A stretch of DNA of 45,220 nt from Alphaproteobacteria bacterium (lineage in GTDB: Bacteria; Pseudomonadota; Alphaproteobacteria; CAAHEQ01; UBA3637): the NCBI GenBank assembly GCA_045605805.1, contig JAZUQR010000016.1, positions 1 to 45,220 of the forward strand, in the 5' to 3' direction. The notes below the pieces were generated by a model. It had not been told where the DNA came from. It worked only from the letters and a program-made list of their open reading frames with translations, and made no database searches. The position numbers and the translations under genes were made by a program. This document shows, in pieces, positions 8,249-17,107 of this stretch; the stretch's first letter is position 1; each line of letters opens with the position of its first letter.

Positions 8249-9646
8249 CTATACAAGCCATTGTCCTAGTGGCTTTGGATTCTCATATACACCGGTCAAG
8301 CAATCAGGTGCATCATCATGTTCATTCTTGCCTTCCTTTTGGTATTTCTTAATATCTCTTGAAAAGTCAGGCCATCTGTCCTGCCAATTCACCGGGAAAT
8401 ACACGTTATTCATAACAGAAGTGCTGTTTGATAGTATTCTTGCTATCTTATTTTTTGATTGGTGGAACCATTTTATATTTGTGTGCTTGTTTCCACGTTC
8501 TCTGCACTCTCTTTCTACATTTCTTGCAAAACCTCTACCACCATTATTGGATTCTATGATTGCACACCCTACATTGTTGGCTGTCAGCATCCTGGCTGTT
8601 TCCGGCTCCGTTATTTCCATGGCATCCTTGGTATAGTACACATCCAACACATAATATTCCTGATTATACATGCCATAGCAAATTGAACACAAAAAATCAC
8701 TGCCTTCATCAGCAGTGTCAGTGTAGTTCAATATGTATTTGAATAACGGATTGCCTTTTTCATCCTTGGGAACATCTGTGTAGGTCTTAATCTTGCTATA
8801 TAACCGGCCCTTCACATCTATTGGTGCCTGCTGATAGTTAGCTTCCACTATGTCCTTGTTCATGTTCTTGGTTTTTACTTCATAATCTTTCTTTGACAAT
8901 ACTTCAGGGCATAGCATTGTGCCATCTTCCTGTATAGCCTTGTAATTGATGTGAATTACATTTTCATAGTTTTCAAGCACATATCCGGCCAAATCATTGC
9001 TGTTCCACCTGGTCATGATAATAATTATCTTAAAACCATTTTCTGTTCTTGAAAGCATGGTATCTGTAAACCAAGAATTAAGCTGTTGCAATCTGTTGGC
9101 ATTGTATGCTTCTTCTGCTGTTTTGATTAAATCGTCAATAATCATGATGTTACAACCAAAACCTGTTGAAGTACCTGTTGGAGAAGTGGCAAGGTAATTT
9201 GCTTCCTCGCTTCCATCCAAGGCCCACTTCTGTGCAGCAGCTTCACCATATTTGATTTTTGTATCAGGAAATATGTCATTGTAAACAGTGACACCCAATG
9301 TTGGCTTTTCTGCAATGGTATCTCGTACCTGCTTTGCAAAGGTCCCGGACAGTGTTTCGTTATATGATCCGGTCATAACCTTAATACCTTTGCCGAATTT
9401 ACCAAAAAGCCATTGAACAAACTTTGTTGCTGTTCTTGACTTCCCATGTCTTGGTGGCATATTTACAACCATAAACTGTTCTTCAGCTTCTTCAACAAAC
9501 CATTGAAGCTTTTCTGCAAGGTCTTTCAGGAATGCTCTATCTTCAGAATAGAAATCAGGTGAAGTGAATTTGCAGTATTGCCAAAACTCCCTGCGTGACA
9601 GTTCCTTTTTGGCTTCTAATTTTAATCTTTCATCAATCATCATCAA
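8249..9646 (-). CDS. terL: Terminase large subunit
   Basis: Walker A VNMPPRHGKS, Walker B IIDD, IMTRW, nuclease DTA / IESN / HDDAPD. Confidence 0.95.
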   Translation of the reverse strand: MMMIDERLKLEAKKELSRREFWQYCKFTSPDFYSEDRAFLKDLAEKLQWFVEEAEEQFMVVNMPPRHGKSRTATKFVQWLFGKFGKGIKVMTGSYNETLSGTFAKQVRDTIAEKPTLGVTVYNDIFPDTKIKYGEAAAQKWALDGSEEANYLATSPTGTSTGFGCNIMIIDDLIKTAEEAYNANRLQQLNSWFTDTMLSRTENGFKIIIIMTRWNSNDLAGYVLENYENVIHINYKAIQEDGTMLCPEVLSKKDYEVKTKNMNKDIVEANYQQAPIDVKGRLYSKIKTYTDVPKDEKGNPLFKYILNYTDTADEGSDFLCSICYGMYNQEYYVLDVYYTKDAMEITEPETARMLTANNVGCAIIESNNGGRGFARNVERECRERGNKHTNIKWFHQSKNKIARILSNSTSVMNNVYFPVNWQDRWPDFSRDIKKYQKEGKNEHDDAPDCLTGVYENPKPLGQWLV

Positions 9647-10214
9647 TCATCTTCTTCAAATCTTCTGTTGATAAGCCTGCAAATGGATTTTCTGCCTTCT
9701 CTGTCACTTCCACCTTCTCTGTCCACATTCCCAGGTGCTTGCCTAACAACTCCAAGGCCCTTACCTTGTCATATGGCTTCACTTCAAAGCCATCCCTGCC
9801 CTTTTTAATAACAGCTAATGCCCTTTTCTGTTCTTCTGTCAAATCCTCTGTAAGAACCGGCTCCACTGTTCTATACTTTATTGGATTACCATCCGCATCT
9901 TCCAATGGTACATTAACACCATTAACATCAACCATTGCATCTTTTTCAATGATACTTGCATAATCAGCAGCATTGGAAAAAGCTATAATGGCCAATTCTC
10001 TTAATACCCGGTCCTGTGTAATTTCTGTCCTGGCAATTCTATCTTGTTTCCTTTCGGCTATATATTCTGCCACCCTAGTTTTCCCTAGCAACTCAGGGCC
10101 AATTTTATCTGCATTCTTTGCTGAATACCCTGCCCTTATAGCTGCCTGTGTCGCATTCAGGTCTATAAGGTACTCATCACAGAATCTTTGCTGTTTATCA
10201 GTAAGCTTTGCCAT
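9633..10214 (-). CDS. terS: Terminase small subunit
   Basis: LTDKQQRFCDEYLIDLNATQAAIRAGYS; KVRALELLGKHLGM. Confidence 0.95.
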   Translation of the reverse strand: MAKLTDKQQRFCDEYLIDLNATQAAIRAGYSAKNADKIGPELLGKTRVAEYIAERKQDRIARTEITQDRVLRELAIIAFSNAADYASIIEKDAMVDVNGVNVPLEDADGNPIKYRTVEPVLTEDLTEEQKRALAVIKKGRDGFEVKPYDKVRALELLGKHLGMWTEKVEVTEKAENPFAGLSTEDLKKMIDDD

Positions 10215-10231
10215 CCTGCAACACTCCTTTC

Positions 10232-10450
10232 TTACAATGTTACTTCTTCAAACTTTTCTGCGGATTCCTTTTCAAGTTCTGCATATAATACATGAATCAC
10301 CGGAATATTGAATGCTTCTGAAATATCCCCCGGTGCATCAATTATTTTTCTGTTTTTAAGTTCCCACCCATCATCCAATAAACGATTGATTGTCATATCA
10401 AACTGCGTAGCACTGCTGATTGGCCTAATTACCGTTTTAATTTGCTTCAA
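10232..10450 (-). CDS. Hypothetical protein (DUF1737/DUF4177-like)
   Basis: INRLLDDGWEL motif; TTG start overlapping the upstream stop. Confidence 0.5.
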   Translation of the reverse strand: MKQIKTVIRPISSATQFDMTINRLLDDGWELKNRKIIDAPGDISEAFNIPVIHVLYAELEKESAEKFEEVTL

Positions 10451-11565
10451 GGTGTTTCACCCTCTCCGATATATTTAAAACCTTGTATAGCCCTAAAATG
10501 TCCGCCATAGTTTCCTGCTGTGCTTTTCTTATTCACTCTTATTTTTGATGGCTTACCACCATATAAATTCGCTGATACTTGCACCCACTTTTCAGACCGC
10601 CTTAAAGCATTGCATAGCTGTGGATGTGAAGTGTGAAAATACATTGGTAGTTTTCTGTTTCTTCTTCCGTTTCCGTCTAAATGATACTGTGCTATTGCAT
10701 TTAAAAATCGTGTTCCTACACCGGCCCCCTGCCATTCCGGCATTGTCACAAGCCTGGTACCACGATACCCACCTATATGGAACATAGGGCTTACTGCCAT
10801 ATGGCAAGCTAATTCACCATCAACTGTACCAACAAAGTATTCTGCTGCAATAGGCATTGGCAAATCTAAATAATAATGTGGTTTAAAATATCGCCAATAA
10901 CTTCCGTTGACCTTCCTGATCTCCAATTCGATTTTAGGTCTTTGCCGGGGATTCCCCCTTGTGAAAGCTTTTGTTTTTGTATCTATCACCCAATCAGGCT
11001 GAATCCAATCAACAACATCATAATGTGGTGTCAATAAAACAACCTTTCCTGCCGGGTTTTCCCTTCGCCATGCCTTTTGAAATGCCTGTGCCCCTATCCT
11101 GGCAATCTGTCTATCTACCACAGATGTAAATTCATCAATCACTACTTCGCCCGGACTTTCGCAAATAAGCCTTGCAAGGCCGGCTCGAAACTGCTCACCA
11201 TTCGACAATACTCGAAATGGTCTAAGCCATGCAGGAACATCCCCCAGGCCAACAGATGCAAGCAAGCCTGTTACAATGTTGAAATCCCTGGCCGGTGCTA
11301 TATCATCAATAATAGGCTTGTCATGGTTCCACCCTTCAGACAGATTAGCAATTTTGTTTTCGCCAAATACCTGTTTACCGATTGAAGTTTTCCCGGAACC
11401 TGATGGGCCAACCACAACACCAATATTCCAATCACCTGACAAATCAACATCATCAATGGTTAAATCAAAATTGCAGCCACTCTCTGCATTGAAAAGGCTT
11501 TTCACCCTTGCTGCCCGGTATGAATCAAAATCACTTACAACATTGTGGACTTCAATCCTACTCAT
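10447..11565 (-). CDS. ABC-type ATPase fused to a GNAT acetyltransferase (candidate DNA base-modifying enzyme)
   Basis: GPSGSGKT, LSNGEQFR signature, VIDEFTS Walker B, H-loop TPH; C-terminal RLVTMPEWQGAGVG acyl-CoA motif A; no transmembrane partner nearby. Confidence 0.85.
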   Translation of the reverse strand: MSRIEVHNVVSDFDSYRAARVKSLFNAESGCNFDLTIDDVDLSGDWNIGVVVGPSGSGKTSIGKQVFGENKIANLSEGWNHDKPIIDDIAPARDFNIVTGLLASVGLGDVPAWLRPFRVLSNGEQFRAGLARLICESPGEVVIDEFTSVVDRQIARIGAQAFQKAWRRENPAGKVVLLTPHYDVVDWIQPDWVIDTKTKAFTRGNPRQRPKIELEIRKVNGSYWRYFKPHYYLDLPMPIAAEYFVGTVDGELACHMAVSPMFHIGGYRGTRLVTMPEWQGAGVGTRFLNAIAQYHLDGNGRRNRKLPMYFHTSHPQLCNALRRSEKWVQVSANLYGGKPSKIRVNKKSTAGNYGGHFRAIQGFKYIGEGETP

Positions 11566-11684
11566 ACAGTCACCACCTTCAGCTTGAAGCCTTCTTCTTT
11601 CAGCCTGTTGTATATGGTTTCCTGCTCCTTTTCATCCTTGCACATAACCACAACTGCGTATTGCTGCTTGTAAGTAAAACCCAC
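11562..11684 (-). CDS. 40-aa ORF translationally coupled to the ABC-GNAT gene
   Basis: Not in the track. GTG after AAGGGTGA; MGFTYKQQYAVVVMCKDEKEQETIYNRLKEEGFKLKVVTV; ATGA overlap with the next gene. Confidence 0.7.
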   Translation of the reverse strand: MGFTYKQQYAVVVMCKDEKEQETIYNRLKEEGFKLKVVTV

Positions 11685-11718
11685 AATATCACCCTTTTCA
11701 CCTGTATTTAATTACAAC

Positions 11719-11794
11719 AAAAAGCCCACAACCATGGGAGAAAGTCATGGAAATGGGCATAGAAAAAAGGCATTACCGGTATTAGTAATGCCTT
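11719..11794 (-). terminator. Two tandem terminator-like hairpins in the late-operon leader
   Basis: AAGGCATTAC-N8-GTAATGCCTTTTTT (11763-11794) and GCCCA..CCATG..CATGG..TGGGCTTTTT (11719-11758). Confidence 0.6.
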
Positions 11795-11815
11795 CAGGTC
11801 ATTTTTCTATTATTC

Positions 11816-11905
11816 ATATTAGCACACAAGTTTTCAGAAAACAATATACACTTTAGTCACAACATATACAAAAAAGTCACAACATATACAGAAAAGTCAC
11901 AGTGT
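11816..11905 (-). promoter_or_regulatory. Late promoter: extended -10 plus 20-bp tandem activator-binding repeats
   Basis: TGcTAATAT at 11824-11816 with no good -35; AGTCACAACATATACA at 11855 and 11875, partial AGTCAC at 11895. Confidence 0.7.
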
Positions 11906-11913
11906 ATCAAATT

Positions 11914-12432
11914 TCAATTTGTCTTAAAGTCTTTTTTGATTTGTGGTTGAATATATTTTGCAAACAACTCACACACTACTTCTGCCCCATGTGGAAATCT
12001 TTTAACTATTGATATGCTTTCGTAATCAATAGATACTATGCTGTCTACTTTAAAGAAAAATCCGTCAGCACTATGTATATCAATATCATTGATTTCCTCT
12101 ATAACATCTTGTAACTGACATCCTAAATCTTCATACTCTGTAATGTTTTCAATAGTCTCCTTTTTACTGGCTTCAAGGTCAAACACTGTTCTATCTGCTA
12201 TTTTATTTAACAGATACTCTTTGTTAATTCTCGCCATAAGGCTCATAAATTCTTCATGCTCGTTATAACCCCAACCATATGAGTAATCTCCTGCATCACT
12301 ATTGATATTCAACCTACCATTATCGCAATCAAATATAAATCTTGCCCACATACACTCCATGTACTCTTCATCATCTTTAGATGGTGTTAATTTATATGTA
12401 ATTACTTTAGGTTCTATTTTTTCTACCTTCAT
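11914..12432 (-). CDS. Hypothetical acidic protein
   Basis: Long ORF; RBS GAAAGGG before MKVEK. Confidence 0.65.
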   Translation of the reverse strand: MKVEKIEPKVITYKLTPSKDDEEYMECMWARFIFDCDNGRLNINSDAGDYSYGWGYNEHEEFMSLMARINKEYLLNKIADRTVFDLEASKKETIENITEYEDLGCQLQDVIEEINDIDIHSADGFFFKVDSIVSIDYESISIVKRFPHGAEVVCELFAKYIQPQIKKDFKTN

Positions 12433-12461
12433 ATATTCCCTTTCTGTCATTCCGACAAATC

Positions 12462-12917
12462 TTAATTTATCTCATGATTCATAATGACATCACGCACCAT
12501 TCTTTCTCTTTCATCCAATATATCCTGCACCGCCTTAATACCTCTGCCATGCACTGTTGTTACCCAGGTATAGCTTTTGCCATACATATTCGCCACATCT
12601 TCCAATGTGATATACTGAACATAAACCTTGTGCAGAAGGTCATATTCGGTGGTGTTTAGCTGCTCAATCACACTGATCACATCCTTCTTGGTGTCTATCA
12701 ATCTATCAATGCAGGCATCCACTTCTTTTTCAATGTCTATGTATTTGCAAACCGCATCAGCCATCTTCTGTTGGCTCCCGGAAGCTTGCACCCTTTCACC
12801 GCCCATCTGTGCTGTGGTACCCATTGAAATGGCCTTCCACTGTTCTTTCTCAATAATCTTATTTGCTATCATGGTATCAAGCCTTTTAAGCTGCTTTAAA
12901 TACTTTTTAGCATCCAT
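12462..12917 (-). CDS. Late transcriptional activator (DUF1492/RinA/ArpU-like, C-terminal HTH)
   Basis: MDAKKYLKQL...GGERVQASG...YVQYITLEDVANMYGKSYTWVTTVHGRG; near the end of the early region, upstream of the late promoter. Confidence 0.8.
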   Translation of the reverse strand: MDAKKYLKQLKRLDTMIANKIIEKEQWKAISMGTTAQMGGERVQASGSQQKMADAVCKYIDIEKEVDACIDRLIDTKKDVISVIEQLNTTEYDLLHKVYVQYITLEDVANMYGKSYTWVTTVHGRGIKAVQDILDERERMVRDVIMNHEIN

Positions 12918-12930
12918 TCTTTGCACCTCA

Positions 12931-13119
12931 CTATCTCCACATTCTTCGCAAGTCACCAATAAAATACTTCACTCTTTTGCGTACCGGGTTTTTAATACTT
13001 TTACAGCAACAACTGAAATCAGACACGCATTCATTTGTAAAGTAATTATGAATACTTAAACCCAAAACATAAAAAACACCTTGAATTGTTCTTGTTATGT
13101 TATTGAAAAATCTAATCAT
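12931..13119 (-). CDS. Hypothetical protein
   Basis: Fills the operon gap; GGTGG RBS before MIRFF. Confidence 0.4.
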   Translation of the reverse strand: MIRFFNNITRTIQGVFYVLGLSIHNYFTNECVSDFSCCCKSIKNPVRKRVKYFIGDLRRMWR

Positions 13120-13129
13120 TCCACCATAC

Positions 13130-13381
13130 CTATCCTTTCCCAAACAAACTAATTTGTCCGTCACACTGCGTTTTTTTCGGCTCCCTTTTCACTCTAGGCT
13201 TATAACCTTTTGTATTTTCCATAAATGCATCTTGATATTCAGGATCACAATCTGCAAAAACAAAATCCTTGCAATCATTTGGCTTTTTACAGCTTGATTC
13301 AGGCAAGCCCTTTTCCTTTTTATCGCAATATGGAAAATTGTTCACATGAAGATGGATGCAATACCGGCAATACTGTTTCAT
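13130..13381 (-). CDS. Hypothetical Cys-rich protein
   Basis: CRYC...C...C pattern; C-terminal GQISLF resembles a sliding-clamp-binding motif. Confidence 0.65.
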   Translation of the reverse strand: MKQYCRYCIHLHVNNFPYCDKKEKGLPESSCKKPNDCKDFVFADCDPEYQDAFMENTKGYKPRVKREPKKTQCDGQISLFGKG

Positions 13382-13632
13382 TAAAGCCCCCCATTCCTAA
13401 CAATATGCACTGCCATATTTTCTTCAATGGCACATTTGATGCTATTTTCGTTTTGTTCAACAATCATTGATACCTTTTGTAAATCCTCAACTACCTTTTC
13501 CACATCATAGGCTGTGTCTATGTCCTGCAAAAGCCTTTTAATTGTATTGATATGTATAACATTTTTTCCACTGGCTTCTGTTTCTTCAATAAATCGTTGT
13601 AATGCAACATCCGCATCTATCAATCTACCCAT
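13381..13632 (-). CDS. Hypothetical phage protein
   Basis: MGRLIDAD...TAYDVEKVVE, a common early-region motif; coupled overlap. Confidence 0.7.
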   Translation of the reverse strand: MGRLIDADVALQRFIEETEASGKNVIHINTIKRLLQDIDTAYDVEKVVEDLQKVSMIVEQNENSIKCAIEENMAVHIVRNGGL

Positions 13633-13650
13633 TTACTCACATCCTTTCTT

Positions 13651-13866
13651 TCATTCGTTTTCATTCCATTTATTGATTGCCATGTATGGGTTATCATCTT
13701 CATACCTGTTGAAATTCTGACAGCAGATATTCATACAAGCAACCTGCCATTTTTTGTTGCCCATTGCAGGTGTTCCAAGTGTTGGTACTTCACCACATAG
13801 CCTGCATGGTTTCATCAATGATTTTATATAATCCCATCCTTGCAACCTGCTTGTTGTTTGTGTCAT
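13651..13866 (-). CDS. Lar-like (restriction alleviation) zinc-finger protein
   Basis: KPCRLCG...VACMNICC...AINKWN; start re-called at MTQTT (RBS AAGGAG). Confidence 0.6.
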   Translation of the reverse strand: MTQTTSRLQGWDYIKSLMKPCRLCGEVPTLGTPAMGNKKWQVACMNICCQNFNRYEDDNPYMAINKWNENE

Positions 13867-13876
13867 ATCTTCTCCT

Positions 13877-14275
13877 TTACCAAACATCATCAATGCTAAA
13901 AACAATAGCTTCACAATAAGGTTCACCTTCTTCATAAATCATAAATGTTTCATGTGGTATATCTGTTTTGTAAGCCCATGTAATGACATTTCCTTTTTCA
14001 TCTTTTCTTTCTTTGTCACACCAAACAGCTTCAATACATCTATCTGCTGTGGTTGCCGGTGTATCTACTACACCATTTTTATTGAACCACACTTCACCAC
14101 CATCAAAGCAGCCGCCTTCATCATGGATTGCACCATCAAATTCCATCAAATCATCACTTGCACCATACACAATTACAAAGCCATTATCCTCTGCAATCTG
14201 TATTTCCTCTTTTGTAAACTGTGGGTAGTTATATTCCCTGCCATTCAGCATTTCTGCATATTCATCAATTTTCAT
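13877..14275 (-). CDS. Hypothetical phage protein
   Basis: VYGASDDLMEFDGAI motif; start re-called at MKIDEY. Confidence 0.7.
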   Translation of the reverse strand: MKIDEYAEMLNGREYNYPQFTKEEIQIAEDNGFVIVYGASDDLMEFDGAIHDEGGCFDGGEVWFNKNGVVDTPATTADRCIEAVWCDKERKDEKGNVITWAYKTDIPHETFMIYEEGEPYCEAIVFSIDDVW

Positions 14276-14279
14276 CCTC

Positions 14280-14690
14280 TCACTCTCCCATCTGTTCCAT
14301 ATCATAAAGTGGTACAAAATGTTTCATATTGTTCGCATAATAGACAATCGCACACTTTACAATTTCTATCGGTCTTTTATCTACATAGAATTTTTCAGGT
14401 ATAGTGCCAACTCCAACATCTACCGCATCTTGATAATTTACATCAAGATAACCTTTGATAACTAAATCTTTGAAACCTACGATAACACCACTGAAATTGC
14501 CCTTAACGTGTTCATAATAGGTTTTCTCTACGCAATCAATGTCTGCTTCCATAGTTCCATCATTATCAATATCAACAAGATTATTATTCATTGCATAGGC
14601 AGTAAGTGTTGTTTTATCAAGATGTACCCATATTCCATCATGTGCTTTCTTGTAGAATCCTTTGCATTTCACTTTGTCAAAAAGATTCAT
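14280..14690 (-). CDS. Hypothetical protein
   Basis: ORF in the early operon with RBS GGGGGTG. Confidence 0.65.
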   Translation of the reverse strand: MNLFDKVKCKGFYKKAHDGIWVHLDKTTLTAYAMNNNLVDIDNDGTMEADIDCVEKTYYEHVKGNFSGVIVGFKDLVIKGYLDVNYQDAVDVGVGTIPEKFYVDKRPIEIVKCAIVYYANNMKHFVPLYDMEQMGE

Positions 14691-14702
14691 CCTTACACCC
14701 CC

Positions 14703-14990
14703 CTAACACAAAGCCCTGCTCCGGCTTGCCTGTTTAAATTGTGCTGTCACCTTATCCCATTCCTTGAAAAGTGACATAGGAATATTTGATGTACCAACCG
14801 CTTTTTGTTCAACACCATGCCCCAATCTTGTGATGGTCCAATCAGTTTGAATCCTTCCACATCCTGTTGCTGCATTGCTTATATATCCCCTTGATAAACC
14901 AAACTTTTCAGCCACTTCATTTGCTGTGCCGGTAAACGTTTCCCCGGTCTTTTCATTCCTAAGTTCATAAACTATATAAAAACTTCCCAT
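14703..14990 (-). CDS. Small HTH-like protein
   Basis: FTGTANEVAEKFGLSRGYISN. Confidence 0.55.
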   Translation of the reverse strand: MGSFYIVYELRNEKTGETFTGTANEVAEKFGLSRGYISNAATGCGRIQTDWTITRLGHGVEQKAVGTSNIPMSLFKEWDKVTAQFKQASRSRALC

Positions 14991-15002
14991 GCTTCCAATC
15001 TC

Positions 15003-15911
15003 CTATCTGTTCGCCAATTCTTCCCTTAATGCATCTGCCCTTGCCTTCAGTTCCGGATCACTGTCAACAGTTTTGGTACCATTGGCAATCAATGCATCTT
15101 CCAGGTTTTCAAAATCATATTGCTGCTGCTCTTTTGTTGCCCATTTTGGAACCATTTCTTTTCTTACAGGCTTCTTTTCTGCATCCTTCCTTGCCCAATT
15201 CCTTATGGTTGCATAATGGCTTTTATACCTCTTGCCGGTAGATGCCACATAGGATGATAGATTTTCAATCCTTTGCTGATAATCAGAATATTCAGTTTTT
15301 AATTTCTGCAATTCATCATCAGTAAGAAGCACATTTTGATATTCACCATATTTATGCTTTACAGTTTTTTTATCAGGTGCAGATGGTTCCGGTTCGTCAG
15401 AAGCGGATAATATATTATTATCTTCTTCTAATCTATTCTTATCTTCTCTTATCTTATCTGCCTGTCTAACATTAGCTTTACTGTTAGTTTTACTGTTAGT
15501 TTTACTGTTAGTTTTACATGAAATAGCTTTCTGCTTTTCCCTGTATTCCTTCATGTAATTCCGCATATATTCTTTCTTGCTTTCCATTTGGTCCAAATTC
15601 TGATGCTTGCCCCAATTTGGGATAGTAATAACCCCATCAATCAATTCAATCATGCCGAATTGCTCAAAGGTCTGTAATGCAAGCTGCACTGTTGCTTCCT
15701 TCCGTCTAAATATGGTTGCAAGCATCTTATCTGTATATGCTATTTTGTCACCCATCAGGAACACACCACTGTTGTTTTGCTTACCTGCCAGGCATAACAA
15801 TTTGAACCATATCACAATAATGGAATCAGCTTCAGGAAGGCTTTCAATCAGCAATATCTTTTCATCATCAAATACATCTGTTGTTATCTTAATCCATTTA
15901 ACATCCGCCAT
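15003..15911 (-). CDS. Replication initiator (phage replisome organizer N-terminal domain)
   Basis: MADVKWIKITTDVFDDEKI...IWFKLLCLAGK...TIPNWGKHQN; C-terminal YKSHYATIRNW. Confidence 0.88.
   Translation of the reverse strand: MADVKWIKITTDVFDDEKILLIESLPEADSIIVIWFKLLCLAGKQNNSGVFLMGDKIAYTDKMLATIFRRKEATVQLALQTFEQFGMIELIDGVITIPNWGKHQNLDQMESKKEYMRNYMKEYREKQKAISCKTNSKTNSKTNSKANVRQADKIREDKNRLEEDNNILSASDEPEPSAPDKKTVKHKYGEYQNVLLTDDELQKLKTEYSDYQQRIENLSSYVASTGKRYKSHYATIRNWARKDAEKKPVRKEMVPKWATKEQQQYDFENLEDALIANGTKTVDSDPELKARADALREELANR
15472..15519 (+). repeat. 4 x 12-bp tandem repeat inside the initiator gene (putative origin iterons)
   Basis: TTAGCTTTACTG, TTAGTTTTACTG x2, TTAGTTTTACAT; next to an AT-rich purine-skewed stretch. 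Confidence 0.75.
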
Positions 15912-16228
15912 ACTTCAATCACTTCCTTTGCGTTTAATTCATCTGTCACTGTGTCCTGAAGGCTCACATTGCACCTTTTACAAATCACAGATATATTTCC
16001 TAATTCATGCTTGCCACCTTTGGAAATGGGAATATTGTGCTGTATTGTAGGAATGAAATCTTTTCCCACAAACCCCATTTCCGGATCACAAAGATTATTC
16101 ATTGCAATTCCGCATACAGGGCATTTCTTCCCCCAAAAGGCTCTTGTAATCTTATACTTAAAAGAATAAGGCAGGCTGCTTTCATGTTCGGCCTTTTGTC
16201 TTTGGGTAAACATCCTTTTTTCTGCCAT
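15884..16228 (-). CDS. HNH endonuclease
   Basis: CPVC...TIQHNIPISKGGKHELGNISVICKRCN. Confidence 0.8.
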   Translation of the reverse strand: MAEKRMFTQRQKAEHESSLPYSFKYKITRAFWGKKCPVCGIAMNNLCDPEMGFVGKDFIPTIQHNIPISKGGKHELGNISVICKRCNVSLQDTVTDELNAKEVIEVWRMLNGLR

Positions 16229-16343
16229 TCTTCTGCCCTTCTTTCATATCTTTTCTGTGTGGATTTCTTGTACATGTACTAAAGAACCTACAATCTTCAT
16301 TGCAATCCTTTATCTTTGCACCGGTATTGAAACTGCAAACCAT
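16182..16343 (-). CDS. 53-aa Cys-rich hypothetical protein
   Basis: Not in the track; MVCSFNTGAKIKDCNEDCRFFSTCTRNP... after GAGGA RBS. Confidence 0.45.
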   Translation of the reverse strand: MVCSFNTGAKIKDCNEDCRFFSTCTRNPHRKDMKEGQKNGRKKDVYPKTKGRT

Positions 16344-16353
16344 CACTCATTCC

Positions 16354-16584
16354 TCACTTTCCTATTCTGTATCTCTTAATATGGCACTTCTCGCCAAATC
16401 GGTTCTTCACAACCTCTATTTCACTGATTATGGGATAACCCAGGCTTCTAAGGTCTGAAATCCGGGAAGCCAAACGCATCACACCCAAATCCTGCAAAGC
16501 TTCAAGTTGTGTTATGCTGCCGAATCTATTCATGTAATCCATTATCCTATCATTCTGTGTTGGCTTATGGTCCACCTTTGCCAT
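16354..16584 (-). CDS. Winged HTH protein (HTH_39-like)
   Basis: TQNDRIMDYM...GSITQLEA...RLASRISDLR. Confidence 0.8.
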   Translation of the reverse strand: MAKVDHKPTQNDRIMDYMNRFGSITQLEALQDLGVMRLASRISDLRSLGYPIISEIEVVKNRFGEKCHIKRYRIGK

Positions 16585-17093
16585 TATGCTTCACCTGCTT
16601 TCAATAGTTCCGGGTTATCAAAGATGCTGCCGATAACTTCCCATTCACAATGTTTAATATAAAAATCCGTTAATGGCATGGGTAAACAAAATGGTTCGCA
16701 CTTGCTTAAAGCATCCGTTGGAATAACCTCTGTGTGCCATCCAACAACACTATCCACCTTTTCCAAACTCTCTACTTCAATAACACAAAATTCACCAAAT
16801 ACAACTTTTGCCAAATCTTTTGGATTTCCATGCCCTCTTACAACATCATTCTCCCAAATCTTGTTTCCGTTCTTGTCGGTCAATCCTGTGTATTGGCAAA
16901 GTGTAGATTGGTCTATTTCATCCCAACCGTCTGTTTCACCATGGCTATAGAACATTGTTGTTGTGTCAAATATCATATGTATAGGTTCTTCATACATATT
17001 AAAACCTCTTACATAATAGCCATATACCCATTGCTCGTCTTTTGGCTTTTGTTCCCAATCCTTAACTTTTGCCTTAAATACTATCTCTCTCAT
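16584..17093 (-). CDS. YopX family protein
   Basis: MREIVFKAK...WVYG...CQYTGLTDKNGNKIWENDVV...EVIGSIFDNPELL. Confidence 0.9.
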   Translation of the reverse strand: MREIVFKAKVKDWEQKPKDEQWVYGYYVRGFNMYEEPIHMIFDTTTMFYSHGETDGWDEIDQSTLCQYTGLTDKNGNKIWENDVVRGHGNPKDLAKVVFGEFCVIEVESLEKVDSVVGWHTEVIPTDALSKCEPFCLPMPLTDFYIKHCEWEVIGSIFDNPELLKAGEA

Positions 17094-17107
17094 GCTTCAC
17101 CTTCTCC

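Noticed and set aside
10447-11565. ABC transporter (host gene or AMG)
   Set aside because: No permease or binding protein; fused to a GNAT and located beside terS
11841-11905. Tandem repeats as a mini-CRISPR array
   Set aside because: 20-bp period with no unique spacers and no cas genes; fits activator-binding sites
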